From Fidelibacterota bacterium (GTDB lineage: Bacteria > Fidelibacterota > Marinisomatia > Marinisomatales > UBA2128): DNA of 55,383 nt. The notes below the pieces were generated by a model, which worked only from the letters and a program-made list of their open reading frames with translations, was not told where the DNA came from and made no database searches. Both the position numbers and the translations under genes were made by a program. Each line of letters opens with the position of its first letter. Within the stretch, counting starts at the first letter, position 1. The DNA is taken from positions 1 to 55,383 of the forward strand of contig JBHHUM010000006.1 in NCBI GenBank assembly GCA_046861645.1, given 5' to 3'. Below are positions 29,757 through 37,908 of this stretch, piece after piece.

Positions 29757-29950
29757 ATTTCTCGCCATTTTCTTTGGCGCAAAGAAAACGGCTGCAAAAG
29801 AAACAGCCGCTGTAGAAAAACCAAGGAGTTTTGTTGTCGCTCGAGGGATTATTCAAATTCTTCCTGTCATTTATGACGGGATTCAAACAGTGAATAATCC
29901 TAATCTCTTACTCCAACTCAACTTTTATCCCCTGGTTTTTCTAATGCGGC
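29757..29950. other. Nested multi-hairpin non-coding element (MITE-like or structured RNA)
   Basis: Stems TTTTCTTTG/CAAAGAAAA; GCCGC..TAGAAAAACCA/TGGTTTTTCTA..GCGGC; GGATTATTCA/TGAATAATCC; GTCAT/ATGAC. Confidence 0.55.
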
Positions 29951-30273
29951 ATATTAAAGGGGGAAACCGTCGTTCACATAAGCTGAGGTTGTAGATATCA
30001 GGGAGAAAAATTTCTTGGGAATGAGTCCTGTCTTTACCAGTTGCCTGTCCACCATCTGTCTGTCGTCTGTCTACATTCTTACTACGGACAAGTAGCGATA
30101 GCGCTGACGGGTATGTATTTAGGCAAAGCGAGAGAGAAAGCGACCATTGTTCAGACTTATGATTTAAATAACTTTCAAATTATCTGTCCGCGTAATTGTA
30201 TAATCAACCGAAAGATTGAAGTGATTTGATATTACCAAAATAGCAGAAATTTCGTTATTATCTAAATGTTATC

Positions 30274-31905
30274 ATGAGATTGATTTTATTTATAAAGAGG
30301 ATTACAGTTCTTACGCTGTTTTTCTGCATATCCAGCGCCGCGGATAAAGATATCGTCATCCATGGATTGGAGATGCTGGATGAAGACAGCGAAATAATCC
30401 TCCTTCTGGATCGGTTATATGTGAGTTCCGGCCAATTACCACCTTCTGTCGGCAGCTTTACCACCTATGCTGATGTCAGGGAGAGCTTCGAACAGTGGTT
30501 AGAGAAGAACCAGGAAAACAGTGCTAACCTGCAAATGATTATCGTAAAAATCACAAAGATTCTTGAGCGGGTCGTTGATAGAGATTTTGATTTATCATTA
30601 AAGTCCTTTCAACCTACTATTGAGGGTACTGTCGGAATTGATTATCTTTTTCATCAAAACCTGTACGACGCGGATTCAGTCTCAAATTTTTTCAATGTAT
30701 TCAAGGATAGAGATTTTATCACCAAATATGACCAACGAGAGAACTTCATTGATGTTAGAATCAAATCCTCCTATTGGAACTATTTTTTCTTCTCGTCCAG
30801 GTTTGGTCTAAAGGAGGATTGGTCAAATCTTGATATCAGAGAAAGTCATTACCCACGGGATTTTCACGAGTTAGATGCCAATTTCAACCAGAAATCCGTT
30901 TTCACATTCCGCTTCAATCCTATTACCATAATCTCCGGCAGAGACAGAGTGACAATGGGACTGGGTGAACACGGGAAATTGTTGATTTCACACGAACTCC
31001 CTCCTTTGGATGTTTTCCGGTTTTCGGTAAAGTTCGGGAAACACATTCGTTTCTACGATTTCATCACGCCTTTGAACAATATTTCCACGAGGTTGCTGAC
31101 AGAGGAAATGAGGCCTAAATACCTGCTTGCTCATCGGATGGAGTTTGATTTTACCCGAAGATTGCGAATTGCGGTGAATGAAATGTTAATCCTGAACAGC
31201 TACCTGAAATGGAATTACTTGAACCCCTTTTTGGTTTTTCACAATGTAACCAACGCCAATAACACGAATATTTTTACAGCGATAGATTTCGAATACCTGT
31301 TTTCCAACGCAGTGAAATCATACTTAACTGTTGCCATTGATGAAATCGATTTCTTTGCTGTTGAGCCTACTCTTTCTCGTGAAAGCCGGTTAGCCATGGG
31401 GTATCATTTTGGCACGAAATGGTATAATCCTCTTAATCTGCCGAACAGCTTTCTTCTGCTTGAGCTGGTGAAACTGGATAAGTGGCTATATAATTATGAT
31501 GAAACGGGTAATCAGGATTTGACCTACACTTACATAGAGACTATAGATTACCCGGAAGAGAGAACATTTTACAGGTTTATTGGGCACTATCTTGGTTCCA
31601 ATGCATGGGCCGCTTTTATAGATTTTGGCATTAACAGGCTCACGTTGAGTTACCAGCACATTGAACAGGGGGAGGTCCTGTTACTCGAACCGGCATGGAG
31701 TGAACATGGGGGTGTACCGGTTGAGATCAAGGATATCCTGGGCCTTCAGTATGAAAATACACTGCTTGATGGAAAGATCAGCTTAACGTCCCGACTGTTC
31801 CTGACTCATGTAGAGAATTTTCATCATAGCGGTGGAATTACGAAGACCTATCCCGAGTTTTGGATTAGTTTGGGCTACCGGATACTGTATTTGGACAGGT
31901 TCTAG
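30274..31905 (+). CDS. Outer-membrane beta-barrel, capsule assembly Wzi-like
   Basis: Signal peptide; ISGRDRVTMGLG...LLIS, KYLLAHRMEF, NYLNPF, IGHYLGSNA, C-terminal F; AT-richer than neighbours. Confidence 0.6.
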   Translation: MRLILFIKRITVLTLFFCISSAADKDIVIHGLEMLDEDSEIILLLDRLYVSSGQLPPSVGSFTTYADVRESFEQWLEKNQENSANLQMIIVKITKILERVVDRDFDLSLKSFQPTIEGTVGIDYLFHQNLYDADSVSNFFNVFKDRDFITKYDQRENFIDVRIKSSYWNYFFFSSRFGLKEDWSNLDIRESHYPRDFHELDANFNQKSVFTFRFNPITIISGRDRVTMGLGEHGKLLISHELPPLDVFRFSVKFGKHIRFYDFITPLNNISTRLLTEEMRPKYLLAHRMEFDFTRRLRIAVNEMLILNSYLKWNYLNPFLVFHNVTNANNTNIFTAIDFEYLFSNAVKSYLTVAIDEIDFFAVEPTLSRESRLAMGYHFGTKWYNPLNLPNSFLLLELVKLDKWLYNYDETGNQDLTYTYIETIDYPEERTFYRFIGHYLGSNAWAAFIDFGINRLTLSYQHIEQGEVLLLEPAWSEHGGVPVEIKDILGLQYENTLLDGKISLTSRLFLTHVENFHHSGGITKTYPEFWISLGYRILYLDRF

Positions 31906-31939
31906 CGGCAGTTGTTCTGCAATACTCTCCGTGGTTCTC

Positions 31940-31974
31940 CGCCAGCCCAGTAGGGAGGTGTGACCGTATCGGGG
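31940..31974 (+). repeat. 35-bp dispersed repeat, copy 2
   Basis: CGCCAGCCCAGTAGGGAGGTGTGACCGTATCGGGG; 28/35 identity to 26557-26591. Confidence 0.7.
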
Positions 31975-32011
31975 TGAACTCTGTGTACAAAGCAAAGGGA
32001 TTTAGGCTGAG

Positions 32012-32614
32012 CTACATTTCGCCAGCACCGATAGTGCCGTGTTCATCATCAATCCAGCTCCCCACAAAGTCGTGGACCTTCTGTAGATTTTCCAGGGAAC
32101 AGGTCAAAATGACCATATCCTGCTCCTTACCCGTGCGATCTACCACGTAATCCGGGAGGATGCCTTCTATCTTAAAACCGAGATGTTCGTACATTTCGAT
32201 CACATCCTTCTGAGGTCGCATTAACTTAGTGATGATGTGCTTCAATTTACGTCCTTTGGCCACTTCATAAAAATCGGATAGCAGAACAGCACCCACATCA
32301 CTGTGCCGGTATGCTTCAGGAATAAGGAGGCGTAAATGACCCGTTCCTCCTTTCCACTCCTCCGTATAAATCTCCAGGGAACCGTCACCTACCACCTCGT
32401 TTTTAATGAAGGCGATGCGACGGATGATGTTTCCAGTTTGAGTTGCCTCAATCCTCTCCCGGACGTGCTTAATATTAGTTACATCACTGCGGAGATAACG
32501 CCGTTCCTGGTCTGTTAAGGAGAGGAAAAATTGATGAGACAGATCCACATCGTCCAGGGTCAGGTTACGGACTGTCATCTCGGCGCCATCACGTAGGGTA
32601 TACTTGTGTTCCAT
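32012..32614 (-). CDS. GNAT family N-acetyltransferase
   Basis: TLRDG..VRNL, FFLSL...RRYL, VVGDGSL, YRHSDVG, MYEHLGFKIEGILPDYV..DMVI. Confidence 0.8.
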   Translation of the reverse strand: MEHKYTLRDGAEMTVRNLTLDDVDLSHQFFLSLTDQERRYLRSDVTNIKHVRERIEATQTGNIIRRIAFIKNEVVGDGSLEIYTEEWKGGTGHLRLLIPEAYRHSDVGAVLLSDFYEVAKGRKLKHIITKLMRPQKDVIEMYEHLGFKIEGILPDYVVDRTGKEQDMVILTCSLENLQKVHDFVGSWIDDEHGTIGAGEM

Positions 32615-32631
32615 AGCTTCTCCTTCAGGCT

Positions 32632-34188
32632 TTATCCAATGATCAGGTTTACCAGTACCACGATATCAAATACGTCAATTATACCATCTTGATTCAAATC
32701 AGCCAGATGACTTTGCTGGGGGGACAAAGATTCACTGTCCAGTATATGGTTAACAATGGCGATAATGTCAAAGACATTCAGGACGCCATCCATGTTCACA
32801 TCCCCGGAAGCGAAGCCGGCAATGTTGAATGAGAAATAACCGGCGAGGGGCAGTGTCTCCTCCCGGCCAGAAGAGTCGGCTGCGTAAATATAATAACGTA
32901 CCTCCCCATCTGTAATGGGTCCCCCGATGACTGCGGTATATTCATCAGGATTCCCAGTAGAGACCAACAAGGTAGCGGTGTACTCTTCCATCACCTCGGA
33001 TTTCCAATAAACCAACAACTCTTCTGGAATAAGCCCCGCTTCACTTAAATCGTCTATGACAACAGTAATGGTGTACTGCAGAAGGGGCTGATCCTGATCA
33101 TCCAGGGGATTGTGAAAGATCTGCAGCATCTCCAGATCGGGAATACCTTTAGCCCGGCAGTGAATAGCATCGGTAGCAAGCCAGTCACCTGTAACCGGCA
33201 GGATTTCATAACCCGGCATTGCTTCCTGATAAACTGCTACCGCCTCGTCGTCCCAGGAACTGCCCATGATGGGGACAAAAACCTTTTCATTAAGAATCAG
33301 TGAGTTTGTGTAGGGCTGATTGTTGGGGGTGTAGACCCGGTAGATCTGCCACGGCTCCCCAAAGAGGTTCTGCTGATTGGAAAAATAGGAGACCACGGCT
33401 TCGATTTCATCATACTGTTCATGGTTCTCTGGGACTTCCCGGATGAGCAGTGTGGTGGGCGAGAGATACTTTCCCCAGCAATCGATATGCTGGATGTAGT
33501 CATTATTAGGGTCATCCACTACGTGGTAGATTTCCACGCCCCAGTATTGAAACATGATATCGTTAATTTCTGTGGTGCTTATATCGTTTTCGGCATAAAC
33601 CAGGGAACTGGAGGCAGAGACGTTGTAACCATCCGTCATGTAGTTACCCCCGGTGTGGATAATGTCACTGGCGTAATAGGGTGTACCAAGATAGTCAGAC
33701 ATCTTCAGCGGTGCTTCATTATCGTTAGGTCGGGGCCGGTTGTAAGTAAAGTCCACAACAGTCATTTCCCGGTCGCCAGACACAACCCACCATGGACCAT
33801 AATCCCGGGTCCAGTAGCTATCGGTGGGACCGAGGACGAATTCCACATTATCCATATTAACACCGGCGCTGGCAAACGAAGCAGCTGCGGTGTTCTGCAA
33901 GCTGGAGCTTACCAGGCAGTAGACAGTAACGTCCTCCGCCATCTCCTTTACGATAGTTGTTGAGATCCCCAGAGGATAGCGGATCAGAACACCTTGCATC
34001 CGTTCGTATTCGGCCACGTTGCGGATGGGCGCCGGGGGAGGATCGGTCTCCCGGGCGTATTCCTTGATGAGATAACGGTGTTCCCACTCCCATTCCGTGA
34101 AGCCGATAGGAAGCTCTTTAGTCACCTGGGCAAATGTAATGGTAGACAATGAAAGCAGAAGGTAAAGAGTGGGTACGATAGTCTTCAC
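32632..34188 (-). CDS. Secreted agmatine/peptidylarginine deiminase family protein with C-terminal type I dockerin
   Basis: Signal peptide; AEYE, WTRDYGP, GGN, HIDCW, YTNSLILN, AIHC catalytic Cys; duplicated dockerin GDVNMDGVLNVFDI...ADLNQDGIIDVFDI. Confidence 0.88.
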   Translation of the reverse strand: MKTIVPTLYLLLSLSTITFAQVTKELPIGFTEWEWEHRYLIKEYARETDPPPAPIRNVAEYERMQGVLIRYPLGISTTIVKEMAEDVTVYCLVSSSLQNTAAASFASAGVNMDNVEFVLGPTDSYWTRDYGPWWVVSGDREMTVVDFTYNRPRPNDNEAPLKMSDYLGTPYYASDIIHTGGNYMTDGYNVSASSSLVYAENDISTTEINDIMFQYWGVEIYHVVDDPNNDYIQHIDCWGKYLSPTTLLIREVPENHEQYDEIEAVVSYFSNQQNLFGEPWQIYRVYTPNNQPYTNSLILNEKVFVPIMGSSWDDEAVAVYQEAMPGYEILPVTGDWLATDAIHCRAKGIPDLEMLQIFHNPLDDQDQPLLQYTITVVIDDLSEAGLIPEELLVYWKSEVMEEYTATLLVSTGNPDEYTAVIGGPITDGEVRYYIYAADSSGREETLPLAGYFSFNIAGFASGDVNMDGVLNVFDIIAIVNHILDSESLSPQQSHLADLNQDGIIDVFDIVVLVNLIIG

Positions 34189-34255
34189 GAAGAAAACTTA
34201 AACACTACAGCGGTAGGAGCCAAGATTCTATCGAGAGATGTGACCCCCGGCAAAC

Positions 34256-34930
34256 TTACGATTCTTTTTCCCTGAAACCGATCATATCGAAGGGGTTGAC
34301 CACACTGGAAATCATATTATTAAGGTGTGCGCTGATTCGTTTGAGATAACGGGCATACAGGGCCAGGGCAGCAGAATCACGAGGGGAAATTCCCGCGATT
34401 GTGCCCTGCACCAAGTCGTCATCAATCTGGTCACAGATACTGCTAATCTCCTTTTTGAATGTAGCCATCATGATGCTGGCTTTTTCTTCGTCCTGATTTT
34501 TTAATACATCAATCGTGTTGTTAAAACGTTGTTTTATTTCCTCTTCGATTCCCGTCAGCGACTCTTCGTAACCTTCTACTGAGAGGTGTTGAGGGTGGAC
34601 TTCAGCCAAGTCGAGAATGTTTTTGCAGTAGTCACCAATACGCTCGATATCTATTACGATACTCACGAGTACCATACCACTGGGTAGCACCGTGGGACCG
34701 TGCAGAGAACAGTGGGTCATGACCTTTCGTCTCACATTGCGTTCGTAGGCGTTAACCTTTTTGTCTTTCTGTCTAATATCCTGGTTGACCTCGGTGTCGT
34801 CACTTTCGCGCAGGATGCGGACAGCCTCGAGAAACATTTCCTGGGCAATCTCCAGCATTTCATAAGATTCAGCCCATGCTTCGACCAGCAGGTTATCAGA
34901 TTTCCACAAGTTAGTTAATTCTTTCCACAT
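34256..34930 (-). CDS. PhoU-domain protein
   Basis: DKKVNAYER, IVIDIERIGDYCKNI, ARYLKRISAH; downstream of the Na/Pi transporter. Confidence 0.82.
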   Translation of the reverse strand: MWKELTNLWKSDNLLVEAWAESYEMLEIAQEMFLEAVRILRESDDTEVNQDIRQKDKKVNAYERNVRRKVMTHCSLHGPTVLPSGMVLVSIVIDIERIGDYCKNILDLAEVHPQHLSVEGYEESLTGIEEEIKQRFNNTIDVLKNQDEEKASIMMATFKKEISSICDQIDDDLVQGTIAGISPRDSAALALYARYLKRISAHLNNMISSVVNPFDMIGFREKES

Positions 34931-34989
34931 GTTTTGTCTCCCGTTCTGAAGTTAGTACTAAAGGTTGTAGAAATAAAGTTTCTCATGGT

Positions 34990-36087
34990 CTAAGTGAGGA
35001 ATATCAGTACAATGGGTATAAAGTGGAGCAATAGGTAGACAACGACGAAAACCACCAGATTTTTTGTCGATTTACTGGCTTTTTCGCCCACATATTCAGC
35101 TAGCCAGATGGGAATAAACTTTAATGGGTAGAAGATCATAATCCCGAAAATATTAAAGACAAGATGCGAGAAAGCTACTGTAATGGCTACTTCATTTTGG
35201 GTTGCCATGGCAGCTAAAATGGCGGTCATGGTCGTGCCGATATTTGCCCCCAGGGTATAGGGAAAGATTTTTCTGATGGTAACGAGACCTGCTCCGGCCA
35301 GAGGGATGATAAGTGATGTAGTGACCGAGCTGCTCTGCACGACAGCTGTCATAATAATACCCAACACGAAACCTAACACATCGTTACGGAACAGGTAGCG
35401 GTCGATGATAACCTCTATTCGGGTCAGGACTAAAGACCTTATGGTTTTGATCAGGAAGGTAAGCGCCGCGAACATCAGTAGTACCGAGAAAACCGTTAGA
35501 AATATTTCTTCATGTGGAAAAAGCGCGAAAATTTTGTCAACGAACTTGATGGCAGGGTTCAGAATAAATTTAAGGGGATTAAACAATTTTAGTCCGCCTG
35601 CTCCGGAAAACCCGTGGCTCAGCCAGGCTGCTGTCTTTTCAATAGGGTGGAATTTGAGTTCCAGGGGGAATAGAATAATCACCACGCATACGTTGAAAAG
35701 GTCATGAACAATACTGGCTGAAAAGGCTCGTTTGAATTCAATACGGTTTGATATATGCCCCAGGGATACCAGTGTGTTGGTGATGGTTGTCCCGATATTG
35801 GCGCCCATGATTATAGGGATGGCACCGCTCAGTTCCAGGGCGCCTCCAGCTACCATACCGACTACAATGGAAGTGGTCGTGGAAGAACTCTGAATCAAGC
35901 TGGTGGCTACAATACCAATCATGAGTCCGGCAAAGGGATTGGCAGTCATTTCCAACATGGCCTCGGCAAAATCCTTGCCGAACAGCTTAAAGGAATGACC
36001 GAGTAATTTAATGCTTAATAGAAAAAGGTAAGTTGCCGCAATGATGGTAATTGCCTTGAGTAGCTTGGATTGGGTACTTTCAGTCAT
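34990..36087 (-). CDS. Na+/phosphate cotransporter (SLC34/NptA family)
   Basis: Duplicated QSSS motifs (IQSSSTTTS, VQSSSVTTS) and two GANIGTT motifs. Confidence 0.92.
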   Translation of the reverse strand: MTESTQSKLLKAITIIAATYLFLLSIKLLGHSFKLFGKDFAEAMLEMTANPFAGLMIGIVATSLIQSSSTTTSIVVGMVAGGALELSGAIPIIMGANIGTTITNTLVSLGHISNRIEFKRAFSASIVHDLFNVCVVIILFPLELKFHPIEKTAAWLSHGFSGAGGLKLFNPLKFILNPAIKFVDKIFALFPHEEIFLTVFSVLLMFAALTFLIKTIRSLVLTRIEVIIDRYLFRNDVLGFVLGIIMTAVVQSSSVTTSLIIPLAGAGLVTIRKIFPYTLGANIGTTMTAILAAMATQNEVAITVAFSHLVFNIFGIMIFYPLKFIPIWLAEYVGEKASKSTKNLVVFVVVYLLLHFIPIVLIFLT

Positions 36088-36378
36088 CTTGGGGTGCGAA
36101 ATGAATCAGTCACTGTTGTCCAACAGTGAAATAAAGATTAATAAACCGAGGTATTTCTGAGGCACTTTTTGTGTCGCGTGTTAATCAGTACAGTATGTTA
36201 TTCAAAGGTGGATGTTAAGCTATTTTGCCACAAAACTCAAAGAACAAAACCGTGCCGGGTTTTAACGTAAAAGAGAAAATCAGGTAGCCGGGTTAGTTTC
36301 CTACCTCTTTACTTTTGTCTAAACTGAGTGGGTGACGGAATTGTATGAAGGAGTCCATTCCACTGACTAAATTCCCCC

Positions 36379-37011
36379 ATGGACTTAACCCCAATTCCCT
36401 CTATTCTTAAAAAACGATTTAAGGAGTCCTTACCCGGTTTGCAGTCCCAGGTCAGGATGTCACCCTCGAGGCGTTTTGCCAGAGAGGAGCCCCTAACGCC
36501 ACCATTGCCGGCGGCGGTACTCATTCTGCTCTTCCCAGAAGAGGATGATTGGCGCTTCTTCCTGACTGAACGAACCCAGGGTGTTGAGCACCACCGGGGA
36601 CAAATATCACTTCCCGGAGGTACCTTGGAGAGAGGTGAATCTCCCTTGGATACCGCCATTAGAGAGACTCAGGAAGAATTGGGGATTCAAGAAAAACCAG
36701 AGATTATTGGACAACTGTCAGCTCTACACATCCCGGTTAGCGGTTTTGAGGTATCTCCCTTTGTAGGGTGGCTTGGTGAACGACCTGTGCTAAAGCCGCA
36801 CCTGGCAGAAGTAGCCCGGGTTCACGAGACCACACTTGTGGAATTCCTGGACCCGGAATGTCGTAAGTGGGAGCAACGTACCTTCCGTGGGGTTGACTTT
36901 GATGTGCCGTATTTTATGCTGGATGGAGTTAAGGTTTGGGGTGCTACCGCCATGATTCTCAGTGAGTTCCGGCAGATGCTGCAGGAAGCACTGTTCCAAC
37001 TTGGAAAATAG
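36379..37011 (+). CDS. Nudix CoA pyrophosphatase (NudL/CoAse family)
   Basis: AAVLILL, LTER...HRGQISLPGG...AIRETQEELGI Nudix box, VWGATAMIL. Confidence 0.9.
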   Translation: MDLTPIPSILKKRFKESLPGLQSQVRMSPSRRFAREEPLTPPLPAAVLILLFPEEDDWRFFLTERTQGVEHHRGQISLPGGTLERGESPLDTAIRETQEELGIQEKPEIIGQLSALHIPVSGFEVSPFVGWLGERPVLKPHLAEVARVHETTLVEFLDPECRKWEQRTFRGVDFDVPYFMLDGVKVWGATAMILSEFRQMLQEALFQLGK

Positions 37012-37080
37012 GTTAAGCTATTCTCTGTCTCGATCTTCTGGCGGCTGTATATTCAAGTCCTTATAATTAAGGAGAAATAG

Positions 37081-37365
37081 ATGGGAAAGTTGACCGCAGA
37101 AAAGATCACCAGTGAATTAAAAAGATTACCTGGTTGGAAATTCATGAACAATTGTATTGTAAAGGAGTTTACCTTTGCAAGTTACATGGCGGGTATTGCC
37201 TTTGTGAATCAAGTTGCTACTCTGGCCGAGACGCACAATCATCATCCCGATTTAGGGGTGGGGTGGTGTCGCGTAAAAGTTTCTTTTACCAGCCACGACA
37301 CGGGAGGTGTGACGGAGAGGGACATCCACATGGCACAGGAGGTTTCTCATTTAGTGGAGAGTTAG
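37081..37365 (+). CDS. phhB: Pterin-4a-carbinolamine dehydratase
   Basis: LPGW, FVNQVATLAETHNHHPD, TSHDTGGVTERDI. Confidence 0.9.
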   Translation: MGKLTAEKITSELKRLPGWKFMNNCIVKEFTFASYMAGIAFVNQVATLAETHNHHPDLGVGWCRVKVSFTSHDTGGVTERDIHMAQEVSHLVES

Positions 37366-37908
37366 ATGAAAAGGAATAAACGAGTCTTGGTCGGACTGTG
37401 TTTGATGGGAGTGACAATGTTATTTTCGAGGGGGATTGATTTGCGGCGGGGTGATATCGCTCCTGATTTTGTGTTACCTGATGAAGCCGGTCGAGAGCAT
37501 CGCCTCAGCGATTTCCGGGGACAGCCAGTGGTGGTCTACTTTTATCCTAAGGACGATACACCGGGATGCACGAAAGAGGCGTGTGCTTTCCGGGATGACT
37601 ACCCACGATTCGAGGAATTAGGCGTCCGTGTCTTCGGCATCAGCTACGACACGCCTGAATCCCACAGCCGCTTCAAGGCCAAGTACGATATCCCCTTCAC
37701 ACTCCTGAGCGATACAGACAAGTCAGTAGCCAAAAGCTACGGGGCAGCCGGTCTTGTCTTTCCCAAGCGCGTGACATTTATCATAGATGGAACGGGTAAA
37801 ATCAGTAAGGTATACGAAAAGGTAAGCGTGACAACACACAGCAGTGAGATACTTGAATTCTTAAGGGGTGAACAACTGGCTAGGCAGGGAGAGAAGCTGG
37901 GGAAATGA
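37366..37908 (+). CDS. bcp: Peroxiredoxin, BCP/PrxQ family
   Basis: GDIAPDFVLPD, VVYFYPKDDTPGCTKEAC, GISYD, RVTFIID. Confidence 0.92.
   Translation: MKRNKRVLVGLCLMGVTMLFSRGIDLRRGDIAPDFVLPDEAGREHRLSDFRGQPVVVYFYPKDDTPGCTKEACAFRDDYPRFEELGVRVFGISYDTPESHSRFKAKYDIPFTLLSDTDKSVAKSYGAAGLVFPKRVTFIIDGTGKISKVYEKVSVTTHSSEILEFLRGEQLARQGEKLGK

Noticed and set aside
29365..30229. Short ORFs 29365-29592 and 30041-30229, and a minus-strand MKERRRLS fragment as a DUF559 remnant
   Set aside because: No recognisable motifs or SD; resemblance is limited to a few residues.
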